A stretch of DNA of 33,202 nucleotides from Utricularia gibba (taxonomy: Eukaryota > Plantae > Magnoliophyta), in contig NEEC01000326.1 of the NCBI GenBank assembly GCA_002189035.1, positions 1-33,202 on the forward strand, in the 5' to 3' direction. A program made the position numbers and the translations under genes. This document shows positions 1-11,400 of this stretch, one piece after another. The notes beneath the pieces were generated by a model. It worked only from the letters and a program-made list of their open reading frames with translations. It made no database searches and was not told the origin of the DNA. Every line of letters begins with the position of its first letter. Position 1 is the first letter of the stretch.

Positions 1-3000
1 GGTCAACCGGATGCAAATCGATTAAAAAAATGATGCATTTGTTTAAATTGCGATATCATGTGCACCCCACATGATTTTTTCAACAACTTACTTTATACTT
101 GAGGAGGCGGTCTTGGGTGCACTGGAACGGGACAAAGGTAAGGTTTGGCTTGCGCCGAGAGTTAGTTGTAGCCCGACAAATAAAGTGATGTATTTATTAT
201 CGTTCGGTTTTCGGGGGCTGCCTACATGGTTTTTCAAGGAACCGCTTCTCGTTTTGTGGCGCCAGTCTCGCTGGGAACTTGGTCCTTGACCCCGATTCTG
301 TATGGCTCATGAGGTCAACCGGATGCAAATCGATTAAAAAAAATGATGCATTTGTTTAAATTGCGATATCACGTGCACCCCACATGATTTTTTCAACAAC
401 TTACTTTATACTTGAGGAGGCGGTCTTGGGGTGCACCTTGAACGGACAAAGGTAAGGTTTGGCTTGCGCCGAGAGTTAGTTGTAGCCCAAATAAAGTGAT
501 TTTATATCGTTCGGTTTTCGGGGCTGCCTACATGGTTTTTCAAGGAACCGCTTCTCGTTTTGTGGCGGCCAGTCTCGCTGGGAAATTGGTCCTTGACCCC
601 GATTCTGTATGGCTCATGAGGTCAACCGGATGCAAATCGATTAAAAAAAATGATGCATTTGTTTAAATTGCGATATGTGCACCCACATGATTTTTTTCAA
701 CAACTTACTTTATACTTGAGGCGGTCTTGGGTGCACTGGAACGGGACAAAGGTAAGGTTTGGCTTGCGCCGAGAGTTAGTTGTAGCCCCAAATAAGTGAT
801 GTATTTATTATCGTTCGGTTTTCGGGGGCTGCCTACATGGTTTTTCAAGGAACCGCTTCTCGTTTTGTGGCGGCCAGTCTCGCTGGGAACTTGGTCCTTG
901 ACCCCGATTCTGTATGGCTCATGAGGTCAACCGGATGCAAATCGATTAAAAAAAATGATGCATTTGTTTAAATTGCGATATCACGTGCACCCACATGATT
1001 TTTTCAACAACTTACTTTATACTTGAGGAGGCGGTCTTGGGGTGCACTTGGAACGGACAAAGGTAAGGTTTGGCTTGCGAGAGTTAGTTGTAGCCGACAA
1101 ATAAAGTGATGTATTTATTATCGTTCGGTTTTCGGGGGCTGCCTACATGGTTTTTCAAGGAACCGCTTCTCGTTTTGTGGCGGCCAGTCTCGCTGGGAAC
1201 TTGGTCCTTGACCCCGATTCTGTATGGCTCATGAGGTCAACCGGATGCAAATCGATTAAAAAAATGATGCATTTGTTTAAATTGCGATATCACGTGCACC
1301 CACATGATTTTTTTCAACAACTTACTTTATACTTGAGGAGGCGGTGGGTGCACTGGAACGGGACAAAGGTAAGGTTTGGCTTGCGCCGAGAGTTAGTTGT
1401 AGCCCAAATAAAGTGATGTATTTATTATCGTTCGGTTTTCGGGGCTGCCTACATGGTTTTTCAAGGAACCGCTTCTCGTTTTGTGGCGCCAGTCTCGCTG
1501 GAACTTGGTCCTTGACCCCGATTCTGTATGGCTCATGAGGTCAACCGGATGCAAATCGATTAAAAAAATGATGCATTTGTTTAAATTGCGATATCACGTG
1601 CACCCCACATGATTTTTCAACAACTTACTTTATACTTGAGGAGGCGGTCTTGGGGTGCACCTGAACGGGACAAAGGTAAGGTTTGGCTTGCGCGAGAGTT
1701 AGTTGTAGCCCGACAAATAAAGTGATGTATTTATTATCGTTCGGTTTTCGGGGCTGCCTACATGGTTTTTCAAGGAACCGCTTCTCGTTTTGTGGCGGCC
1801 AGTCTCGCTGGGAACTTGGTCCTTGACCCCGATTCTGTATGGCTCATGAGGTCAACCGGATGCAAATCGATTAAAAAAAATGATGCATTTGTTTAAATTG
1901 CGATATCACGTGCACCCCACATGATTTTTTCAACAACTTACTTTATACTTGAGGCGGTCTTGGGGTGCACTGGAACGGGACAAAGGTAAGGTTTGGCTTG
2001 CGCCGAGAGTTAGTTGTAGCCCGACAAATAAGTGATGTATTTATTATCGTTCGGTTTCGGGGGCTGCCTACATGGTTTTTCAAGGAACCGCTTCTCGTTT
2101 TGTGAGTCTCGCTGGGAACTTGGTCCTTGACCCCGATTCTGTATGGCTCATGAGGTCAACCGGATGCAAATCGATTAAAAAAAAATGATGCATTTGTTTA
2201 AATTGCGATATCATGTGCACCCCACATGATTTTTTCAACACTTACTTTATACTTGAGGAGCGGTCTTGGGGTGCACTGAACGGGACAAAGGTAAGGTTTG
2301 GCTTGCGCCGAGAGTTAGTTGTAGCCCGACAAATAAAGTGATGTATTTATTATCGTTCGTTTTCGGGGCTGCCTACATGGTTTTTCAAGGAACCGCTTCT
2401 CGTTTTGTGGCGGCCAGTCTCGCTGGGAACTTGGTCCTTGACCCCGATTCTGTATGGCTCATGAGGTCAACCGGATGCAAATCGATTAAAAAAAATGATG
2501 CATTTGTTTAAATTGCGATATCACGTGCACCCCACATGATTTTTTCAACAACTTACTTTATACTTGAGGAGGCGGTCTTGGGGTGCACTGAACGGGACAA
2601 AGGTAAGGTTTGGCTTGCGCCGAGAGTTAGTTGTAGCCCGACAAATAAAGTGATGTATTTATTATCGTTCGGTTTTCGGGGCTGCCTACATGGTTTTTCA
2701 AGGAACCGCTTCTCGTTTTGTGGCGGCCAGTCTCGCTGGGAACTTGGTCCTTGACCCCGATTCTGTATGGCTCATGAGGTCAACCGGATGCAAATCGATT
2801 AAAAAAAATGATGCATTTGTTTAAATTGCGATATCACGTGCACCCCACATGATTTTTTCAACAACTTACTTTATACTTGAGGAGGCGGTCTTGGGGTGCA
2901 AACGGGACAAAGGTAAGGTTTGGCTTGCGCCGAGAGTTAGTTGTAGCCCGACAAATAAAGTGATGTATTTATTATCGTTCGGTTTCGGGGCTGCCTACAT

Positions 3001-6000
3001 GGTTTTTCAGGAACCGCTTCTCGTTTTGTGGCGGCCAGTCTCGCTGGGAACTTGGTCCTTGACCCCGATTCTGTATGGCTCATGAGGTCAACCGGATGCA
3101 AATCGATTAAAAAAATGATGCATTTGTTTAAATTGCGATATCATGTGCACCCCACATGATTTTTTTCAACAACTTACTTTATACTTGACGGTCTTGGGGT
3201 GCACTGGAACGGGACAAAGGTAAGGTTTGGCTTGCCCGAGAGTTAGTTGTAGCCCGACAAATAAAGTGATGTATTTATTATCGTTCGGTTTTCGGGGGCT
3301 GCCTACATGGTTTTCAAGGAACCGCTTCTCGTTTTGTGGCGGCCAGTCTCGCTGGGAACTTGGTCCTTGACCCCGATTCTGTATGGCTCATGAGGTCAAC
3401 CGGATGCAAATCGATTAAAAAAAATGATGCATTTGTTTAAATTGCGATATCACGTGCACCCCACATGATTTTTTTCAACAACTTACTTTATACTTGAGGA
3501 GGCGGTCTTGGGTGCACTGGAACGGGACAAAGGTAAGGTTTGGCTTGCAAGAGTTAGTTGTAGCCCGACAATAAAGTGATGTATTTATTATCGTTCGGTT
3601 TTCGGGGGCTGCCTACATGGTTTTTCAAGGAACCGCTTCTCGTTTTGTGGCGGCCAGTCTCGCTGGGAACTTGGTCCTTGACCCGATTCTGTATGGCTCA
3701 TGAGGTCAACCGGATGCAAATCGATTAAAAAAAATGATGCATTTGTTTAAATTGCGATATCACGTGCACCCCACATGATTTTTTCAACAACTTACTTTAT
3801 ACTTGAGGAGGCGGTCTTGGGTGCACCTGAACGGACAAAGGTAAGGTTTGGCTTGCGCCGAGAGTTAGTTGTAGCCCGACAAATAAAGTGATGTATTTAT
3901 TATCGTTCGGTTTTCGGGGGCTGCCTACATGGTTTTTCAAGGAACCGCTTCTCGTTTTGTGGCGGCCAGTCTCGCTGGGAACTTGGTCCTTGACCCCGAT
4001 TCTGTATGGCTCATGAGGTCAACCGGATGCAAATCGATTAAAAAAAATGATGCATTTGTTTAAATTGCGATATCGTGCACCCCACATGATTTTTCAACAA
4101 CTTACTTTATACTTGAGGAGGCGGTCTTGGGTGCACTGAACGGGACAAAGGTAAGGTTTGGCTTGCGCCGAGAGTTAGTTGTAGCCCGACAAATAAAGTG
4201 ATGTATTTATTATCGTTCGGTTTTCGGGGCTGCCTACATGGTTTTTCAAGGAACCGCTTCTCGTTTTGTGGCGGCCAGTCTCGCTGGGAACTTGGTCCTT
4301 GACCCCGATTCTGTATGGCTCATGAGGTCAACCGGATGCAAATCGATTAAAAAAAATGATGCATTTGTTTAAATTGCGATATCACGTGCACCCCACATGA
4401 TTTTTTCAACAACTTACTTTATACTTGAGGAGGCGGTCTTGGGTGCACCTGAACGGCAAAGGTAAGGTTTGGCTTGCGCCGAGAGTTAGTTGTAGCCCGG
4501 CAAATAAAGTGATGTATTTTTATCGTTCGGTTTTCGGGGGCTGCCTACATGGTTTTTCAAGGAACCGCTTCTCGTTTTGTGGCGGCCAGTCTCGCTGGGA
4601 ACTTGGTCCTTGACCCCGATTCTGTATGGCTCATGAGGTCAACCGGATGCAAATCGATTAAAAAAAATGATGCATTTGTTTAAATTGCGATATCACGTGC
4701 ACCCCACATGATTTTTCAACAACTTACTTTATACTTGAGGAGGCGGTCTTGGGTGCACCTGAACGGGACAAAGGTAAGGTTTGGCTTGCGCCGAGAGTTA
4801 GTTGTAGCCCGACAAATAAAGTGATGTATTTATTATCGTTCGGTTTTCGGGGGCTGCCTACATGGTTTTTCAAGGAACCGCTTCTCGTTTTGTGGCGCCA
4901 GTCTCGCTGGGAACTTGGTCCTTGACCCCGATTCTGTATGGCTCATGAGGTCAACCGGATGGAAATCGATTAAAAAAAATGATGCATTTGTTTAAATTGC
5001 GATATCACGTGCACCCCACATGATTTTTTCAACAACTTACTTTATACTTGAGGAGGCGGTCTTGGGTGCAGCTGGAACGGGACAAAGGTAAGGTTTGGCT
5101 TGCGCGAGAGTTAGTTGTAGCCCGACAAATAAAGTGATGTATTTATTATCGTTCGGTTTTCGGGGCTGCCTACATGGTTTTTCAAGGAACCGCTTCTCGT
5201 TTTGTGGCGGCCAGTCTCGCTGGGAACTTGGTCCTTGACCCCGATTCTGTATGGCTCATGAGGTCAACCGGATGCAAATCGATTAAAAAAAATGATGCAT
5301 TTGTTTAAATTGCGATATCACGTGCACCCCACATGATTTTTTCAACAACTTACTTTATACTTGAGGAGGCGTCTTGGGGTGCACTGGAACGGGACAAAGG
5401 TAAGGTTTGGCTTGCGCGAGAGTTAGTTGTAGCCCGACAAATAAAGTGATGTATTTATTATCGTTCGGTTTTCGGGGGCTGCCTACATGGTTTTTCAAGG
5501 AACCGCTTCTCGTTTTGTGGCGGCCAGTCTCGCTGGGAACTTGGTCCTTGACCCCGATTCTGTATGGCTCATGAGGTCAACCGGATGCAAATCGATTAAA
5601 AAAAATGATGCATTTGTTTAAATTGCGATATCACGTGCACCCCACATGATTTTTCAACAACTTACTTTATACTTGAGGAGGCGGTCTTGGGGTGCACTGG
5701 AACGGGACAAAGGTAAGGTTTGGCTTGCGCGAGAGTTAGTTGTAGCCCGACAAATAAAGTGATGTATTTATTATCGTTCGGTTTTCGGGGCTGCCTACAT
5801 GGTTTTTCAAGGAACCGCTTCTTTTGTGGCGGCCAGTCTCGCTGGGAACTTGGTCCTTGACCCCGATTCTGTATGGCTCATGAGGTCAACCGGATGCAAA
5901 TCGATTAAAAAAAATGATGCATTTGTTTAAATTGCGATATCACGTGCACCCCACATGATTTTTTCAACAACTTACTTTATACTTGAGGAGGCGGTCTTGG

Positions 6001-8086
6001 GGTGCACTTGAACGGGACAAAGGTAAGGTTTGGCTTGCGCCGAGAGTTAGTTGTAGCCCGACAAATAAAGTGATGTATTTATTATCGTTCGGTTTTCGGG
6101 GCTGCCTACATGGTTTTTCAAGGAACCGCTTCTCGTTTTGTGGCGGCCAGTCTCGCTGGGAACTTGGTCCTTGACCCCGATTCTGTATGGCTCATGAGGT
6201 CAACCGGATGCAAATCGATTAAAAAAATGATGCATTTGTTTAAATTGCGATATCACGTGCACCCCACATGATTTTTCAACAACTTACTTTATACTTGAGG
6301 AGGCGGTCTTGGGGCACCTGAACGGACAAAGGTAAGGTTTGGCTTGCGCCGAGAGTTAGTTGTAGCCCGGCAAATAAAGTGATGTATTTATTATCGTTCG
6401 GTTTTCGGGGGCTGCCTACATGGTTTTTCAAGGAACCGCTTCTCGTTTTGTGGCGGCCAGTCTCGCTGGGAACTTGGTCCTTGACCCCGATTCTGTATGG
6501 CTCATGAGGTCAACCGGATGCAAATCGATTAAAAAAAATGATGCATTTGTTTAAATTGCGATATCACGTGCACCCCACATGATTTTTTCAACAACTTACT
6601 TTATACTTGAGGAGGCGTCTTGGGGTGCACAACGGGACAAAGGTAAGGTTTGGCTTGCCGAGAGTTAGTTGTAGCCCGACAATAAAGTGATGTATTTATT
6701 ATCGTTCGGTTTTCGGGGCTGCCTACATGGTTTTTCAAGGAACCGCTTCTCGTTTTGTGGCGCCAGTCTCGCTGGGAACTTGGTCCTTGACCCCGATTCT
6801 GTATGGCTCATGAGGTCAACCGGATGCAAATCGATTAAAAAAATGATGCATTTGTTTAAATTGCGATATCACGTGCACCCCACATGATTTTTTCAACAAC
6901 TTACTTTATACTTGAGGAGGCGGTCTTGGGTGCACTGGAACGGGACAAAGGTAAGGTTTGGCTTGCGCCGAGAGTTAGTTGTAGCCCGACAAATAAAGTG
7001 ATGTATTTATTATCGTTCGGTTTTCGGGGCTGCCTACATGGTTTTTCAAGGAACCGCTTCTCGTTTTGTGGCGGCCAGTCTCGCTGGGAACTTGGTCCTT
7101 TGACCCCGATTCTGTATGGCTCATGAGGTCAACCGGATGCAAATCGATTAAAAAAATGATGCATTTGTTTAAATTGCGATATCACGTGCACCCCATGATT
7201 TTTTCAACAACTTACTTTATACTTGAGGAGGCGGTCTTGGGTGCACTTGGAACGGGACAAAGGTAAGGTTTGGCTTGCGCCAGAGTTAGTTGTAGCCCGA
7301 CAAATAAAGTGATGTATTTATTATCGTTCGGTTTTCGGGGCTGCCTACATGGTTTTTCAAGGAACCGCTTCTCGTTTTGTGCGGCCAGTCTCGCTGGGAA
7401 CTTGGTCCTTGACCCCGATTCTGTATGGCTCATGAGGTCAACCGGATGCAAATCGATTAAAAAAAATGATGCATTTGTTTAAATTGCGATATCACGTGCA
7501 CCCCACATGATTTTTTCAACAACTTACTTTATACTTGAGGAGGCGGTCTTGGGGTGCACCTGAACGGGACAAAGGTAAGGTTTGGCTTGCCGAGAGTTAG
7601 TTGTAGCCCGCAAATAAAGTGATGTATTTATTATCGTTCGGTTTTTCGGGGGCTGCCTACATGGTTTTTCAAGGAACCGCTTCTCGTTTTGTGGCGCCAG
7701 TCTCGCTGGGAACTTGGTCCTTGACCCGATTCTGTATGGCTCATGAGGTCAACCGGATGCAAATCGATTAAAAAAAATGATGCATTTGTTTAAATTGCGA
7801 TATCATGTGCACCCCACATGATTTTTTCAACAACTTACTTTATACTTGAGAGGCGGTCTTGGGTGCACTGAACGGACAAAGGTAAGGTTTGGCTTGCGCC
7901 GAGAGTTAGTTGTAGCCCGACAAATAAAGTGATGTATTTATTATCGTTCGGTTTTCGGGGCTGCCTACATGGTTTTTCAAGGAACCGCTTCTCGTTTTGT
8001 GGCGGCCAGTCTCGCTGGGAACTTGGTCCTTGACCCCGATTCTGTATGGCTCATGAGGTCAACCGGATGCAAATCGATTAAAAAAA

Positions 8087-8243
8087 TGATGCATTTGTTT
8101 AAATTGCGATATCACGTGCACCCCACATGATTTTTTTCAACAACTTACTTTATACTTGAGGAGGCGGTCTTGGGGTGCACTGGAACGGGACAAAGGTAAG
8201 GTTTGGCTTGCGCCGAGAGTTAGTTGTAGCCCGACAAATAAAG
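8087..8243. repeat. Subunit A (157 bp) of the internal dimer, present in every monomer
   Basis: TGATGCATTT...CCCCACATGATTTTTTCAA...TTGAGGAGGCGGTCT...GTTTGGCTT aligns at an offset of 157-158 with subunit B. Confidence 0.85.
8116..8180. repeat. Perfect 10-bp inverted repeat GTGCACCCCA / TGGGGTGCAC around a 44-45-nt spacer (one per monomer)
   Basis: Arms read directly at 8116-8125 and 8171-8180 and are exact reverse complements. Many copies show G3 instead of G4 in the right arm, probably homopolymer undercalling. Confidence 0.85.
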
Positions 8244-8277
8244 TGATGTATTTATTATCGTTCGGTTTTCGGGGGCT
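8228..8277. repeat. Imperfect dyad: AGCCC(GA)...AATAAA-gtgatgta-TTTATT...(TCGG)GGGCT (one per monomer)
   Basis: AATAAA 8237-8242 pairs with TTTATT 8251-8256, and AGCCC 8228-8232 pairs with GGGCT 8273-8277. The dyad is visible but its function is unknown. Confidence 0.5.
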
Positions 8278-8402
8278 GCCTACATGGTTTTTCAAGGAAC
8301 CGCTTCTCGTTTTGTGGCGGCCAGTCTCGCTGGGAACTTGGTCCTTGACCCCGATTCTGTATGGCTCATGAGGTCAACCGGATGCAAATCGATTAAAAAA
8401 AA
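8244..8402. repeat. Subunit B (159 bp) of the internal dimer, present in every monomer
   Basis: TGATGTATTT...GCCTACATGGTTTTTCAA...TTGTGGCGGCCAGTCT...GTATGGCTC is collinear with subunit A with a single 1-nt shift. Confidence 0.85.
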
Positions 8403-11400
8403 TGATGCATTTGTTTAAATTGCGATATCACGTGCACCCCACATGATTTTTTCAACAACTTACTTTATACTTGAGGAGGCGGTGGGTGCACTGGAACGGG
8501 ACAAAGGTAAGGTTTGGCTTGCGCCGAGAGTTAGTTGTAGCCAAATAAAGTGATGTATTTATTATCGTTCGGTTTTCGGGGGCTGCCTACATGGTTTTTC
8601 AAGGAACCGCTTCTCGTTTTGTGGCGGCCAGTCTCGCTGGGAACTTGGTCCTTGACCCCGATTCTGTATGGCTCATGAGGTCAACCGGATGCAAATCGAT
8701 TAAAAAAAATGATGCATTTGTTTAAATTGCGATATCACGTGCACCCCATGATTTTTTCAACAACTTACTTTATACTTGAGGAGGCGGTCTTGGGGTGCAA
8801 ACGGGACAAAGGTAAGGTTTGGCTTGCGCCGAGAGTTAGTTGTAGCCCGACAAATAAAGTGATGTATTTTATCGTTCGGTTTTCGGGGGCTGCCTACATG
8901 GTTTTTCAAGGAACCGCTTCTCGTTTTGTGGCGGCCAGTCTCGCTGGGAACTTGGTCCTTGACCCCGATTCTGTATGGCTCATGAGGTCAACCGGATGCA
9001 AATCGATTAAAAAAATGATGCATTTGTTTAAATTGCGATATCACGTGCACCCCACATGATTTTTCAACAACTTACTTTATACTTGAGGAGGCGGTCTTGG
9101 GTGCACCTGAACGGGACAAAGGTAAGGTTTGGCTTGCGCCGAGAGTTAGTTGTAGCCCGACAAATAAAGTGATGTATTTATTATCGTTCGGTTTTCGGGG
9201 GCTGCCTACATGGTTTTTCAAGGAACCGCTTCTCGTTTTGGGCGGCCAGTCTCGCTGGGAACTTGGTCCTTGACCCCGATTCTGTATGGCTCATGAGGTC
9301 AACCGGATGGAAATCGATTAAAAAAAATGATGCATTTGTTTAAATTGCGATATTGCACCCCACATGATTTTTTTCAACAACTTACTTTATACTTGAGGAG
9401 GCGGTCTTGGGGTGCACTGGAACGGGACAAAGGTAAGGTTTGGCTTGCGCGAGAGTTAGTTGTAGCCCGACAAATAAAGTGATGTATTTATTATCGTTCG
9501 GTTTTCGGGGCTGCCTACATGGTTTTTCAAGGAACCGCTTCTCGTTTTGTGGCGGCCAGTCTCGCTGGGAACTTGGTCCTTGACCCCGATTCTGTATGGC
9601 TCATGAGGTCAACCGATGCAAATCGATTAAAAAAAATGATGCATTTGTTTAAATTGCGATATGTGCACCCCACATGATTTTTTCAACAACTTACTTTATA
9701 CTTGAGGAGGCGGTCTTGGGTGCACCTGAACGGACAAAGGTAAGGTTTGGCTTGCGCCGAGAGTTAGTTGTAGCCCGACAAATAAAGTGATGTATTTATT
9801 ATCGTTCGGTTTTCGGGGCTGCCTACATGGTTTTTCAAGGAACCGCTTCTCGTTTTGTGGCGGCCAGTCTCGCTGGGAACTTGGTCCTTGACCCCGATTC
9901 TGTATGGCTCATGAGGTCAACCGGATGCAAATCGATTAAAAAAAATGATGCATTTGTTTAAATTGCGATATCACGTGCACCCCCATGATTTTTTCAACAA
10001 CTTACTTTATACTTGAGGAGGCGGTCTTGGGGTGCACCTGAACGGACAAAGGTAAGGTTTGGCTTGCGCCGAGAGTTAGTTGTAGCCCGACAAATAAAGT
10101 GATGTATTTATTATCGTTCGGTTTTCGGGGCTGCCTACATGGTTTTTCAAGGAACCGCTTCTCGTTTTGTGGCGGCCAGTCTCGCTGGGAACTTGGTCCT
10201 TGACCCCGATTCTGTATGGCTCATGAGGTCAACCGGATGCAAATCGATTAAAAAAAATGATGCATTTGTTTAAATTGCGATATCACGTGCACCCCACATG
10301 ATTTTTTCAACAACTTACTTTATACTTGAGGAGGCGTCTTGGGTGCACCTGAACGGGACAAAGGTAAGGTTTGGCTTGCGCCGAGAGTTAGTTGTAGCCC
10401 GACAAATAAAGTGATGTATTTATTATCGTTCGGTTTTCGGGGCTGCCTACATGGTTTTTCAAGGAACCGCTTCTCGTTTTGTGGCGGCCAGTCTCGCTGG
10501 GAACTTGGTCCTTGACCCCGATTCTGTATGGCTCATGAGGTCAACCGGATGCAAATCGATTAAAAAAAATGATGCATTTGTTTAAATTGCGATATCACGT
10601 GCACCCCACATGATTTTTTCAACAACTTACTTTATACTTGAGGAGGCGGTCTTGGGGTGCACTGGAACGGGACAAAGGTAAGGTTTGGCTTGCGCCGAGA
10701 GTTAGTTGTAGCCCGACAAATAAAGTGATGTATTTATTATCGTTCGGTTTTCGGGGCTGCCTACATGGTTTTTCAAGGAACCGCTTCTCGTTTTGTGGCG
10801 GCCAGTCTCGCTGGAAACTTGGTCCTTGACCCCGATTCTGTATGGCTCATGAGGTCAACCGGATGCAAATCGATTAAAAAAATGATGCATTTGTTTAAAT
10901 TGCGATCACGTGCACCCCACATGATTTTTTCAACAACTTACTTTATACTTGAGGAGGCGGTGGGTGCACTGAACGGGACAAAGGTAAGGTTTGGCTTGCG
11001 CCGAGAGTTAGTTGTAGCCCAAATAAAGTGATGTATTTATTATCGTTCGGTTTTCGGGGGCTGCCTACATGGTTTTTCAAGGAACCGCTTCTCGTTTTGT
11101 GGCGGCCAGTCTCGCTGGGAACTTGGTCCTTGACCCCGATTCTGTATGGCTCATGAGGTCAACCGGATGCAAATCGATTAAAAAAAATGATGCATTTGTT
11201 TAAATTGCGATATCACGTGCACCCCACATGATTTTTTTCAACAACTTACTTTATACTTGAGGAGGCGGTCTTGGGGTGCAAACGGGACAAAGGTAAGGTT
11301 TGGCTTGCGCCGAGAGTTAGTTGTAGCCCAAATAAAGTGATGTATTTATTATCGTTCGGTTTTCGGGGGCTGCCTACATGGTTTTTCAAGGAACCGCTTC

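Larger units (their letters stand above)
8057..8371. repeat. Representative near-consensus monomer (315 bp in this copy; consensus ~316 bp)
   Basis: Runs from one GGTCAACC anchor to the next. It differs from the hand consensus only in A/T homopolymer length and one C at the CCTGG site. Confidence 0.95.

Noticed and set aside
8067-8074. Octamer ATGCAAAT, plus AATAAA, G-box CACGTG and inverted W-box-like TTGACC/GGTCAA elsewhere in the monomer, as regulatory sites
   Set aside because: Short motifs picked out after the fact with no associated gene. They cannot be separated from chance.
8138-8162. Rolling-circle plasmid or phage nick site (ACTTACTTTATACTTGAGG loosely like pC194/phiX CTTGATA)
   Set aside because: The conserved CTTGATA core is not present and there is no Rep gene.
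8181-8215. snRNA or spliced-leader gene array (TGGAACGGGACAAAG is U6-like; AAAG|GTAAG is donor-like; CGCTTCTCG downstream is U2-like)
   Set aside because: Only short isolated matches. There is no ACAGAGA box, no known leader exon and no continued alignment.
8260-8274. CENP-B box-like TTCG...CGGG
   Set aside because: Spacing is 5 nt rather than the 7 nt (NNNNANN) of the canonical box, and the A is missing.
8205-8352. 5S rDNA array (GCTTGCGCCGAGAGTTAGT and CTCGCTGGGAAC loosely recall 5S internal motifs; unit length is compatible)
   Set aside because: The fragments are too far apart and there is no collinear ~120-nt 5S sequence on either strand.
8057-8371. Viroid or viroid-like circular RNA concatemer (size fits)
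   Set aside because: No hammerhead core (CTGATGA...GAAA) on either strand, no clear pospiviroid central conserved region and no monomer-wide self-complementarity. The direct dimer structure and methylation-like errors point to DNA.
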